Shown here: positions 42,506 through 51,640 of the stretch, piece by piece
Layout of the letters: every line of letters starts with the position of its first letter
Position numbering within the stretch: position 1 is the first letter of the stretch
Source of the DNA: Candidatus Altimarinota bacterium
GTDB taxonomy: Bacteria > Patescibacteriota > Gracilibacteria > CAIRYL01 > GCA-016699755
Length of the DNA: 64,000 bases
Direction: 5' to 3'
Assembly: GCA_963664295.1 (NCBI GenBank)
Contig: OY760935.1
Coordinates: 672,001-736,000, forward strand
Position numbers and translations under genes: made by a program
Notes under the pieces: generated by a model
Databases searched by the model: none
Told to the model about the DNA's origin: nothing
The model's input: only the letters and a program-made list of their open reading frames with translations

Positions 42506-42537
42506 TAAAAAGCCGAAGCTTTTGGCTCGGCTTCGGC
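42506..42537 (-). terminator. Probable intrinsic terminator of the 42569-42907 ORF
   Basis: GCCGAAGC/GCTTCGGC stem (42512-42519/42530-42537) followed by a T-run on the minus strand. Confidence 0.6.
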
Positions 42538-42568
42538 GAAAACAAAACAAATTTATTAATTTTAATTC

Positions 42569-42907
42569 TTAAGCAGCATTTAATAAATCATTTACCTCAT
42601 TTGACACACTTATTTGCACATCTTCTGGTGGCATACCATTTCTTGTTGCTTCCTGTATTGGCACAACTATTCTGCCATCAAGTAAGTCGCCTACTGCTTT
42701 TTCTGTTGACTTTAAAACATCAGCTGGAATATTGTTTGTATTTGTTCTTGCCTCTCTTGCCCCCTCTTGTATTGCTCTATTTTGCCAAATAAGCTGTTGG
42801 TTGTTTACATGAGGATAAACCCAACTCTCACTTCTTGTCATTGGTCCAAAGCGTGTTTCTACTCTATCTGAAGGTTTTTTCTCTGGAGAATTATTCCTTA
42901 AGCGCAT
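42569..42907 (-). CDS. Orphan hypothetical protein
   Basis: 112-aa frame with its own promoter and terminator. Confidence 0.7.
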   Translation of the reverse strand: MRLRNNSPEKKPSDRVETRFGPMTRSESWVYPHVNNQQLIWQNRAIQEGAREARTNTNNIPADVLKSTEKAVGDLLDGRIVVPIQEATRNGMPPEDVQISVSNEVNDLLNAA

Positions 42908-42929
42908 TTTTGTTTTTAAAGTTATTTAT

Positions 42930-42958
42930 ATTTTATAATATTTTTTATATTATGTCAA
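42930..42958 (-). promoter_or_regulatory. sigma70 promoter of the orphan ORF
   Basis: TTGACA-17 nt-TAAAAT on the minus strand. Confidence 0.65.
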
Positions 42959-43040
42959 CATAAACTAACCTATTATTAAAAAAAGGAGGGGGTTATTACT
43001 ACAAATAATGACAAAAAAATCTCCTTAAGCACGACCTTTT

Positions 43041-43637
43041 CGTCATTCTGAGCGGAAAACACCACCTTGCTGTCATTCTGAGCGGAATGAAATGGAGCGA
43101 AGAATCTCCTTGTCCATGTGCTCAAGTCCTATCTTGTCATTGCGGACTTTTTGGGCTCTTTTTGGATTGTCATTGCGGACTTGATCCGCAATCTCGGAAG
43201 GTGTCATTGTGGATTTTTTGGGGTGTCATTCTGAGCGCAAACACACCCTTGCTGTCATTCTGAGTGAAATGAAATGGAGCGAAGAATCTCCTTGTCCATT
43301 CGTGCAAGTCCTGCCTTAGGTAATTCAACAGTAATGACAACAGGAGATCCTTCGCTTCGCCTAAAGGCTCGCTCAGGATGACAGAGTAAGAGGGATTAGG
43401 ATGACAGAAAAAGTAAGAGAGAGGGAGAATGACAGAAAAAAGGAGAGGTCAAGATAACAGAGTAAAGGGGATCAAGACAACGAAGAAAAGGAGGCAAGAT
43501 GACAAAAAAGCACTTAAGACAAAAAAAATAACCTATTTCGTCATCCGCCTAAGCAAATCCCTTGCAATAACAAAAAAATAAAAACAATTAAAAAAAATTC
43601 ATTGCCCCAGATAAAGCCAAATAATCAACATTAAAAA
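43041..43637. repeat. GTCATT-tagged REP/REPIN-like composite element (locus 3)
   Basis: Two left REPs (TGTCATTCTGAG...AGCGAAGAATCTCC), one right REP (GGAGATCCTTCGCTTCGCCTAAAGGCTCGCTCAGGATGACA), tail shared with locus 2. Confidence 0.9.
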
Positions 43638-44606
43638 CTAATTAAGTTGCTCTGCAGTAATAATTAACCTATTTTTCGCAGTACCAACAGGAGTACAAGT
43701 CATCAAAGTAGCTATTTTTTGAGAAACTGGCTGATCAAGCACAGTAACATCTTCAGGCTTAACTACTTTTCTTTCGTTAATCTGGTAATCAAACTTCTTT
43801 TGATCCCAATAAATAGTAAAAGCATCACCCACCTCAAGGTCGTGTAGTAAAGCAAAAACATCTTTATATCGACCATTGTCCCAAGGATAATAAGAAGAAT
43901 GACCAGTAATAAACACATTACCGTTTTGCCCCGGAACTGCTGTGCCAGGATAATGCACCACTCCATCTTTTAAAGCATCTTGAATATCATTTTCTAATGT
44001 TTGCCAATCCTCATTGATAAGCGAATTTTCCGGAATTTTAACTATAGGAATATTTTTAGCTATTTTAGGGATAATAATGCGATTTTCCAGAGGAGAAACT
44101 GTGATATTTAAACTTGGAAAAATTTTTCTATTTTCCCTTTTCATACCAGCAGTTGGCAAAAATTTAGGACGAGTTATTTTTTGGTTTGCTGTCACTTGCT
44201 CAAGTCCTATTTGCGTTTCTGTGTATTTATCAGGATTGATTTTTTTGTCTATTATCTGTGAAAAAGCCTGATAATTAAGACCAAAAAATAAAACTGCAAA
44301 AACCGTACCTGCAGTAAGGGTGAATTTAAAAAATTCTGAGATTTTTCCTAATTTTTTACTTTCTTTTGCTTGTTTTATTGGCGCTTGCCATTCTTTTTTG
44401 CGGGTTTTTACTTCTTTTATTATCTTAAATCTACGCTCCAATTCATCTCTTTCTATGTGTGGAATATGCAGAGTTGGCATGTTTGTTAAGTCAATTTGAT
44501 ATGATTGAATTGAGTCTTTCTTGTCTTCTCTTGCTACACGCTTAAAACCCCTTTTTAAAGGGTTTTTAAATATCTTCCGCAAATGTTTATCAAAATCTTT
44601 TTTCAT
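43638..44606 (-). CDS. Sortase (class D/E-like)
   Basis: GVVHYPGTA.PG..GNVFITGHSS, TLMTCTP.G...RL; internal TM anchor. Confidence 0.92.
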   Translation of the reverse strand: MKKDFDKHLRKIFKNPLKRGFKRVAREDKKDSIQSYQIDLTNMPTLHIPHIERDELERRFKIIKEVKTRKKEWQAPIKQAKESKKLGKISEFFKFTLTAGTVFAVLFFGLNYQAFSQIIDKKINPDKYTETQIGLEQVTANQKITRPKFLPTAGMKRENRKIFPSLNITVSPLENRIIIPKIAKNIPIVKIPENSLINEDWQTLENDIQDALKDGVVHYPGTAVPGQNGNVFITGHSSYYPWDNGRYKDVFALLHDLEVGDAFTIYWDQKKFDYQINERKVVKPEDVTVLDQPVSQKIATLMTCTPVGTAKNRLIITAEQLN

Positions 44607-44696
44607 ACTTCATTAGGGTCAAATAATTGTCTCATAAATAACCCTAAAAAGCAACTTAGTCACATTGACACAAGCTATTTTTATGATGCGTAAAAA

Positions 44697-45779
44697 CTAG
44701 AAATAAGCTTTTGGATTTTTCTTTACTCCATTGATCACAACCTCAAAATGAAGATGAATACCTGTTCTGCCATATACCCTACCAGTATTACCCATATAGC
44801 CAATTGGTGTTTTGCGAGATACCTTTTGCCCTTTTCGTACATAAATATCTCTCATGTGAGCATATAAGGTGGTCATGCCATTTCCATGATCAATTACAAC
44901 AACATTGCCATAACCTCCATTCCAACCTGACTCTGCACGAATAACAGTGCCACTTTCTGCTGCCCAAATTGTACTTCCACCAGCTTGCGCAATATCTACA
45001 GCATAATGTCCATAGCGATAACCTTGGGTGTATCTACCCTCACAAGGAAAAAATAAGGTACCATTGTAGGTACCTGTTGCTTGTGATCCTGCTGGTGCGT
45101 TTTTGTATACACCGCCAGCACTTGAGGCAATTGCAACTGGCACTTCTTTTTGAACTCCAGGAATAATAACAGCTTTTCCTGCAATTAATCCTTCTTCTTC
45201 ATCGATATTATTTTGAGCAATAATTTTATCTGCCTCAACTTTATATTCTTTTGCCAAACCAGCCACTGTTTCGTTCTTTTTTACAGTGTGCAAAAGCCCA
45301 TCTACAGGCAATATTTTTAATGTTTGCCCTGGCTTTAGGCTGTCTGGATTAGTTATGTCGTTATTTTGCACAACAGTAGCAACAGAAACACCATAACGAT
45401 AAGCAATACTGGAAACAGTATCACCAGACTCAACAATAATATCAACAACCTGCCCAACTCCTTCCCTGTTTCCTCTGCTGGTTTGAATTTCCGGCTTAAT
45501 TAAAAATCCTTCGTCTGTAAGTGCGATTGTTTCTTTAAAACTTTCTGCTGATGCCTCTTCAGGAAGCCAAAAATCCGCCTCACTCACAAAAAAAGCTGGT
45601 AAAATAGAAGAACTAACAAAAAACAAAACTCCAGCAACAACAACTCGAAAAAAGAAATTTTTTTCACTTGTTGTATAGGGTTTGTAAACTGGTTTTTTGT
45701 GACCCACTTCTTTTTTTATGCCCCTTAAGCGCTGATGGCGCATTTTTCTTGCCAATGTATTTGCTTTTGTAAAAACCAT
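44697..45779 (-). CDS. LysM x2 + M23 metallopeptidase
   Basis: Two LysM repeats; HYAVD, YAHM, HLHFEV. Confidence 0.93.
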   Translation of the reverse strand: MVFTKANTLARKMRHQRLRGIKKEVGHKKPVYKPYTTSEKNFFFRVVVAGVLFFVSSSILPAFFVSEADFWLPEEASAESFKETIALTDEGFLIKPEIQTSRGNREGVGQVVDIIVESGDTVSSIAYRYGVSVATVVQNNDITNPDSLKPGQTLKILPVDGLLHTVKKNETVAGLAKEYKVEADKIIAQNNIDEEEGLIAGKAVIIPGVQKEVPVAIASSAGGVYKNAPAGSQATGTYNGTLFFPCEGRYTQGYRYGHYAVDIAQAGGSTIWAAESGTVIRAESGWNGGYGNVVVIDHGNGMTTLYAHMRDIYVRKGQKVSRKTPIGYMGNTGRVYGRTGIHLHFEVVINGVKKNPKAYF

Positions 45780-45845
45780 ATTGTTTTTCGTCGAGCTATT
45801 TTACTTATTTTTACCAAAAAAAACAAATTTACTCAAGAGAGCTAA

Positions 45846-46520
45846 TTATTTACCAAAATTTCTTTGCACAGATTTATAATAAAAAATGGCTTCTTGAAGG
45901 TCTTTTTCAGTAAATTCAGGCCACATTTTATCCAAAAAATAAAGCTCGGCATAAGCTGATTGCCAAAGCATAAAATTGGATAATCTTTTTTTGCCACCTG
46001 TGCGAATAACAAGATTAATTGCTGGTAAATCCTCAGTATCAAGAAATTTTTCCAGATCTTTTTCTGTTATTTTTTGTGGAATTTTTTTAAATAATTTATT
46101 TACTGCTCTGATTATTTCATCTCTACCACCATAATTGATAGCAGGGCAAAAAATTAATTTTTCACCATTTTTTGTCTTTTCTTCTAGTTCTTTAAGTGCT
46201 TTTTGGCACGACTTGGGCAACTTGCTGACATCACCAAAAATTTTTACTCTTATTCCATTTTTTACAAATTTTTTCCATTTTTTAGCAAATTTCTCCAAAA
46301 GAGCAAAAAGATTATCAAGCTCTTTCTGCTCCCTGTTCATATTTTCTGTAGAAAGAGTATAAACTGTTAATATTTTTATTTCTGGATCATCTGCGCAAAT
46401 TTCCGTAAACATTTCTAAATTTTCCACTCCTTTTTTGTGTCCAAAAAATTTATTTTTACCAAGATTTTTTGCCCATCTCCTGTTGCCGTCCATTATTAAA
46501 CCTATGTGCATCAGAAACAT
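45846..46520 (-). CDS. uppS: Undecaprenyl diphosphate synthase (start 46520 or 46511)
   Basis: HIGLIMDGNRRWA, STEN..R, NYGGRDEI, IRTGG..RLSNFMLWQSAYAE. Confidence 0.95.
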   Translation of the reverse strand: MFLMHIGLIMDGNRRWAKNLGKNKFFGHKKGVENLEMFTEICADDPEIKILTVYTLSTENMNREQKELDNLFALLEKFAKKWKKFVKNGIRVKIFGDVSKLPKSCQKALKELEEKTKNGEKLIFCPAINYGGRDEIIRAVNKLFKKIPQKITEKDLEKFLDTEDLPAINLVIRTGGKKRLSNFMLWQSAYAELYFLDKMWPEFTEKDLQEAIFYYKSVQRNFGK

Positions 46521-46551
46521 TTTAATTGAGTTTAAAAAGAAAATAAACCTC

Positions 46552-48231
46552 TTAAATATTTGATTTTTTAATATCTTTTTTAGCCTCAAAATCAAGCGCC
46601 ATAAAATTAATCTCCAAAGGATAAGCGCTTTCCTCTGTAAATTTTATTTTTGCTTTTAGATAATTTCTTAATGCAATTCGGCTATGTGCAAAACTTTCTT
46701 TTAAGCCATCTGAATCCGCCACAGAGTCAGCATCCGCATTCCAAGTAAAACTTAATTTGTTTTCAATGAATTTATTTTTTTTATCCCAAATATCAAACTT
46801 AAGATTAAACGAACTACTGGAATGTAAACGACCTTTTGCGTAAAAATTTTTACTTTTTTTAATAGTTAATGGTTGGTCAAAATCAATTTCTCCGCTTTCA
46901 TAAGCGCAGGCAATATTTGTACCATTGTCATTAAGACCATCAAAAAGACAATAAACCTTTGAATTAAGAGCAGAACTACCATAAGTATAAGCATCATAAT
47001 TTATAAATCTTTCAATATTCCAACCTGTAATTTCACTCCAAGCATCATTTTCTACATCATAAGCAAGAACAAGATTATTAGTGCTACTATCACGAGCGCA
47101 AGTAATTAAAATCTTGCCAACACCGCTAGCATAAATTAGGTCAGAATTAGAAAAATCAATATCAGAAAAATAATCTCTACCCAAAGCAAAAGAAAGGCCT
47201 CTACTACTTGCTGATGTTTGCTGAAAAACACCAAATTTATTAACATAAAAAATTCCTTTAGAAGTTGAAGCAATTCCGCCTTTATTGCCAAAATTTCCAT
47301 CTTGAAAATTTACATTTGGAACTTCCGCAGTACTAGTCACCATATTAACAACTTTCAAATTAAAACCGGCTTTTCCCTGATCATAAACAGCAACTATTTG
47401 ATTACCAATTGCACCAATTTCCTTTAATTCACCAAAAGAATTATTCTGAAAACTTCCAGGACCACCATAATAAGAAAGATAATAAGTTGGATACCAGGAA
47501 CAAAAAGGCACACTTGAACCAGAATATTTATTGCTCCAAAGTAATTCTGTTTTATTACTACTAGTGTTGCCAGCAAATAATCTATCATCATGAATAAATA
47601 AGATTTTTGCCCTAGGAGAACCTGCGATCTCCGCAATTTGATAGCGTAAATCACCATCAACAGTGGCGCTTCCTCCTTCAGAGTCGGTAATAATCTCGCC
47701 GTCTTGAAATTCACCGCTAATGTTCATCAAAGTTAAAGTTCCGCTAGTCGTAGGTGTACCTGCTATATTTTGCAATAAAACAGCAGTTGCCCCACTTGTT
47801 GCACCTGTTAAAATTTTATTCCCTGTAAATTCGGTTGTTTTGTTTTTATAATCAAGAACTTTTTTGACAACATGAATTCTGTCCTCACCATTACAAATAT
47901 ACAAAAAATCACCATAAACAGCAGAAGAAAATGGCTCACTTGAACTAAAATCACTTTTAATAAGCTCAAAAGAGCTGTCACTGGGATTATAAAACGCCAA
48001 AGTTGTTCCATAAGTTAAAGCAATTTTATTGTCATATTCTTTGAGCATAGTGATTTTTTCACTCACTCCACTAAGCTCAAAAAATTCAGTAATTCCCTTT
48101 CTCTTGCGCAAAATACCATTGCCTTCATAAAATAAATTTTCCAACCTAGTACAATGGTCTTTGTTTATTAAGCTTGGTAAATCTTTTTTGTTTAAGCCTT
48201 TTTTTGTGCCATAAAAAATTTTTTTCTCCAT
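46552..48231 (-). CDS. Putative podoviral nozzle / DNA-stabilisation protein (P22 gp10 / T7 gp12-like beta-propeller)
   Basis: N-terminal GLN...LEN....G.LRKRKG, beta-repeat composition, LAYDVENDAWS; directly follows the adaptor-like gene. Confidence 0.6.
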   Translation of the reverse strand: MEKKIFYGTKKGLNKKDLPSLINKDHCTRLENLFYEGNGILRKRKGITEFFELSGVSEKITMLKEYDNKIALTYGTTLAFYNPSDSSFELIKSDFSSSEPFSSAVYGDFLYICNGEDRIHVVKKVLDYKNKTTEFTGNKILTGATSGATAVLLQNIAGTPTTSGTLTLMNISGEFQDGEIITDSEGGSATVDGDLRYQIAEIAGSPRAKILFIHDDRLFAGNTSSNKTELLWSNKYSGSSVPFCSWYPTYYLSYYGGPGSFQNNSFGELKEIGAIGNQIVAVYDQGKAGFNLKVVNMVTSTAEVPNVNFQDGNFGNKGGIASTSKGIFYVNKFGVFQQTSASSRGLSFALGRDYFSDIDFSNSDLIYASGVGKILITCARDSSTNNLVLAYDVENDAWSEITGWNIERFINYDAYTYGSSALNSKVYCLFDGLNDNGTNIACAYESGEIDFDQPLTIKKSKNFYAKGRLHSSSSFNLKFDIWDKKNKFIENKLSFTWNADADSVADSDGLKESFAHSRIALRNYLKAKIKFTEESAYPLEINFMALDFEAKKDIKKSNI

Positions 48232-48236
48232 AAAAA

Positions 48237-48833
48237 TCAGTAAAAATCACCACAAGAAACATGAATTAGGGGAATATTTCTGTTATAAGTGGAAAATAAA
48301 TTTTCTAATATTTTTTTTAATCTATTTTGAGAATTTTCTTCGTCTTCAAGCTCCTCATCATCAATTGCAAAAAATTGATCTAAAGCTTGTTCATAAAAAA
48401 TTTTAAACTCATAATCACCAGTTAATGTGTCTGTATCTGCATCTAGCTCAGCTATATTTGGTATATATCTAAGCAAAAAGCTACCATTTAAATTGCCAGT
48501 AAAATGAACTTTATCGCCAGCCAAATAAAAACCTGGAGCACTTGCTCCATATTCAGTGGTGAAAAATTTTGAAACAGGATCACCAGCAGAATTAACAGAA
48601 AAAAAACCACAATTCAGACTGTTAATATGAGCAAAATCACTTGGTAAATCATATTCAACAGTACCACCCGAAACAGAATATGATTGAGTTTTAATAAATT
48701 TTTCCGGCTCAATTCTTACAAGCTGTTCATAAAGCCATTTTTCTGCATAATTAAGCCATTTATAAAATTTTTCATCTGTAATATTTTCGCCTTTATAGTC
48801 CTCAAAGGCATTTCTAAGCTCTAAAACATTCAT
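48237..48833 (-). CDS. Putative phage head-tail adaptor (tail tubular A / gp4-like)
   Basis: M...EL...D..F..WLN.A, G..EYDLPSDF, LRYIP...L..D.D motifs typical of adaptors. Confidence 0.65.
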   Translation of the reverse strand: MNVLELRNAFEDYKGENITDEKFYKWLNYAEKWLYEQLVRIEPEKFIKTQSYSVSGGTVEYDLPSDFAHINSLNCGFFSVNSAGDPVSKFFTTEYGASAPGFYLAGDKVHFTGNLNGSFLLRYIPNIAELDADTDTLTGDYEFKIFYEQALDQFFAIDDEELEDEENSQNRLKKILENLFSTYNRNIPLIHVSCGDFY

Positions 48834-48840
48834 AAAAAAA

Positions 48841-48870
48841 CAAAAAAAGATCAGTTCATCTAATCTTTTT
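48841..48870 (-). terminator. Leader terminator directly before the adaptor gene
   Basis: Minus strand AAAAAGATTAG-ATGAA-CTGATCTTTTT then TTGTTTTTTT-ATG. Confidence 0.55.
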
Positions 48871-48913
48871 ATTCATTTTAATATTCTCTGCGTTTTTTTA
48901 TGTTTATATTGTT

Positions 48914-48942
48914 ATTTTATCAAATCTAGATAAAAATCACAA
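48914..48942 (-). promoter_or_regulatory. sigma70 promoter of the adaptor-nozzle module
   Basis: TTGTGA-17 nt-TAAAAT with extended -10 TG; sequence-similar to the 53837-53865 promoter. Confidence 0.6.
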
Positions 48943-48977
48943 ATTTTTTTTCGCACTTTTTTGGCGCAAAAATTTTT

Positions 48978-49703
48978 CTATTTAAATTTTTCTCTCAAAA
49001 TATCCGCTGTCTTATGAACCAAAGATTGAATTCTTTTTCCAATAGAATTTACAATTTTTTGCTGATTATTTTTTAATTTTTCTGCAAAATTCCAAACAAG
49101 TGATAAATTTTTGAGTGCATTTTGCAAATCGTTGTCTAAATTTTTATCCAAAAAATTTTCAATTCCGGCTTTTACTGCATTTCCAATTAGATCAGATTTG
49201 TTTTTTAAAACATCTAAATCGCTAACATTAGACAAAAATCCACATTCTATTAAAACAGCCAAAGGCGCAGTATCATGCACAATTCCCAATTTACCATAAC
49301 GACTTAATCTCTCGCTTTTTGCTCCCCTATTTTTTAAGCCGGTTTTTTGGCAAATTTCCTTCAAGATATTTTCCGCCAATTTTTTGGACTCCCCGGAATT
49401 GTGATAATAAAAAGCTTCTGCACCTTTGGCCAAACTGCCAGCAGAATTACAATGAATACTAACAAGCAAAGAATTTGTGCAATCCAAACCAAAAGAATTT
49501 ATTTTTTTAATTTTTTCCGCCAAGGTTAAATCTTCATCAACGCCAATATAAACAACATTTTCTCCAAAAATAGAGCGGGTAATTTGTAAATTTAATTCCC
49601 TTTCTGTTGTGCCATCTTTGGCAATTGCACCAGGGTCATTTTTTTTAAAAAAATTTCCACTTTTTCCATGACCTGCCACAATAAAAATTTTTTCAGTTTT
49701 CAT
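48978..49703 (-). CDS. N-acetylmuramoyl-L-alanine amidase (Amidase_3), endolysin-like
   Basis: AGHG..DPGA..E, SIHCNS, LIECGFLSN; ATG at 49703 overlaps the upstream TGA. Confidence 0.9.
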   Translation of the reverse strand: MKTEKIFIVAGHGKSGNFFKKNDPGAIAKDGTTERELNLQITRSIFGENVVYIGVDEDLTLAEKIKKINSFGLDCTNSLLVSIHCNSAGSLAKGAEAFYYHNSGESKKLAENILKEICQKTGLKNRGAKSERLSRYGKLGIVHDTAPLAVLIECGFLSNVSDLDVLKNKSDLIGNAVKAGIENFLDKNLDNDLQNALKNLSLVWNFAEKLKNNQQKIVNSIGKRIQSLVHKTADILREKFK

Positions 49704-49942
49704 GCTCCAAAAACAAAAGTAATAAAAGTCCAAACAACACCAATCAAAGAGCCGGAAATCGCAACACCACCAACAATAAAAGCTTTCCAAAGTTCAAGTT
49801 TTTTTACTCTTTGGTTCATTTTTTCCATACTCTTTGCCATTTCCCGATGTACCTGATTATTTTCATCAAATTTGCTGTTTATATGTTGTTTTAAGCCATC
49901 AATTCGTTCTGCAATTTGTCCTAAATTTAACTTTTTCGCCAT
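49700..49942 (-). CDS. Small coiled-coil + C-terminal TM protein, holin/XhlA-like
   Basis: 80 aa; coiled coil ending RVKKLE then FIVGGVAISGSLIGVVWTF; coupled to the amidase. Confidence 0.55.
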   Translation of the reverse strand: MAKKLNLGQIAERIDGLKQHINSKFDENNQVHREMAKSMEKMNQRVKKLELWKAFIVGGVAISGSLIGVVWTFITFVFGA

Positions 49943-50511
49943 TTTGTAGATGATAAATTTCCAATAAAATTAAGATCGTCTCTTTCTGATTCACTTGCCG
50001 GAGTTGTTTCTGAGGCAATAAGCCCATCAAAAACAAAAGCTCCACAGCGTTCGTGAATTTCCCGGCTTAATTCCGAGCAATAATATTTATTTTTATCATG
50101 CGCCACAACAAAGCTCTGTTTTTGCAAAAATTTTAATTTCGCACAAACAACAGCTCTCCAAATAAGTCCCACAAAATCATACAAAAAACCTTTTTTAACA
50201 TATTGCAAAGCAGTTTTGCGCACATTACGAAGTCGCCAAACAGAACGAAAAACATCATGCGATCCAGAGCGCCTGCGCACATCACGCAAAGAAACAATGC
50301 GCACACCAGAGCAATAATCATCTTTGAAAAAAAACTTACGCACAGAAAAATCACTCTCAAGACATTTTCCTCTGCCAATATACAAAATTGCATGGGAATA
50401 AGGGGAGTTTGTGCCCCAGCGAATTAAGCGAGAAAGTAAACTTTTTCCGTCTCGATATAAAAACAAATCACCAACCCGCAAATTCCGCACCAAAGTTTTA
50501 TTATTCTCCAT
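49927..50511 (-). CDS. Permuted papain-like NlpC/P60 amidase (YiiX/YebB family)
   Basis: GDLFL..LSRLIRWGT.S.YSHA (His first), Y.YD, YYCSEL (Cys later). Confidence 0.85.
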   Translation of the reverse strand: MENNKTLVRNLRVGDLFLYRDGKSLLSRLIRWGTNSPYSHAILYIGRGKCLESDFSVRKFFFKDDYCSGVRIVSLRDVRRRSGSHDVFRSVWRLRNVRKTALQYVKKGFLYDFVGLIWRAVVCAKLKFLQKQSFVVAHDKNKYYCSELSREIHERCGAFVFDGLIASETTPASESERDDLNFIGNLSSTKWRKS

Positions 50512-50854
50512 TTTGAATTACAAAAGAGTTTTTTAAAATAAACTCATTAAGACCATTGGCATCTTGTTCAACAAAACCACCAACAGAAGAAACAAGCTCA
50601 ACAATTTCTTCATATTCTTTGCTGGTAATAATAATTTCTCCATTTATTTCTCTTTCTATCTTTAAGTCGTCAATAATTTGTTCTGCTCTTTTGTGACAAA
50701 AAATAAGCCAATTTTCACCATTTTTTTCTGCCAATAATGGCTCACCCAAAACCACAGAAAAATCATATCTTTTTTGATTGTGCATAAAGCCAGCATTTTC
50801 CATTATTCGCAAATCAGCTTCTTTGTTCGCAGGAACAGCAATAAATACATTCAT
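50501..50854 (-). CDS. Hypothetical protein in the virion cluster
   Basis: 117-aa frame overlapping the next gene. Confidence 0.65.
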   Translation of the reverse strand: MNVFIAVPANKEADLRIMENAGFMHNQKRYDFSVVLGEPLLAEKNGENWLIFCHKRAEQIIDDLKIEREINGEIIITSKEYEEIVELVSSVGGFVEQDANGLNEFILKNSFVIQNGE

Positions 50855-50913
50855 AAAAAATAAGAAAAATTAAAAATTTTCATCTTCATTAATTTCCCAA
50901 TAAAACAAGGCAT

Positions 50914-51636
50914 TTAAGATAAATAGCTACCAGAACTCAAAGCATTATAAAAATTAGCAACACGCAAAGCAGAAAAATATTCAGGATCAATGCGAAAATA
51001 ACGACATTCTCCTTGCAAGTAATAATTTGAACTAGAATCTTTGCCAATAGCAAAAGCATTAGTGGAACTAGTGTCATAAGCAACACCTGTCTGACTATCA
51101 CTACCAAATTCAGCGCCATTGATATAAATTTTGACACCAGAAGAAACGCTACCGGTGATAGTAAGAACAAAAGGAGTGTCAGCAGAAATATAATCAGAAA
51201 CAGAAGAAATAGTAATTAACTTAACAGCGCCATCAAGAGAATATTGGAATTTAATCTCATCAGTAGAAGCATAATAATTACAGCGTGGATAAGCACTATA
51301 GCCAAAAAGAGCATAGAAAAAATTATGATTTACAGAAAGGCTATCAAGAGAATAAATACCCGTAATGCAAAAATTACTCAATGTTCCCCAAGGTACACTT
51401 TCGCCAGTTGGTTTTTTTAAATAATCATCGCCAGCAAAAGAATAGCCAATAGTAGCAACAGTGGTATCATTTGTGTCAGCCTCAGATGTAGAGCCATTTT
51501 GTATGGTGATATTATTTTTACTTCTATCCTGCCAAACTTGCTCATTATTACCAACTTTGCCATCTAAAAAAACAATAGAATTATCTTTTCTTAAACTACT
51601 ACTAATGCCTATGTTTAATGTTTTTGCAATATCCAT
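50914..51636 (-). CDS. LamG/ConA-like jellyroll protein, candidate head-spike fibre
   Basis: WQDRSKN, YSFAGDDY, VKIYINGAE, FAIG...Y.L.G...FRI, LRVANFY; follows the spike-base gene. Confidence 0.7.
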   Translation of the reverse strand: MDIAKTLNIGISSSLRKDNSIVFLDGKVGNNEQVWQDRSKNNITIQNGSTSEADTNDTTVATIGYSFAGDDYLKKPTGESVPWGTLSNFCITGIYSLDSLSVNHNFFYALFGYSAYPRCNYYASTDEIKFQYSLDGAVKLITISSVSDYISADTPFVLTITGSVSSGVKIYINGAEFGSDSQTGVAYDTSSTNAFAIGKDSSSNYYLQGECRYFRIDPEYFSALRVANFYNALSSGSYLS

Positions 51637-51640
51637 AAAA

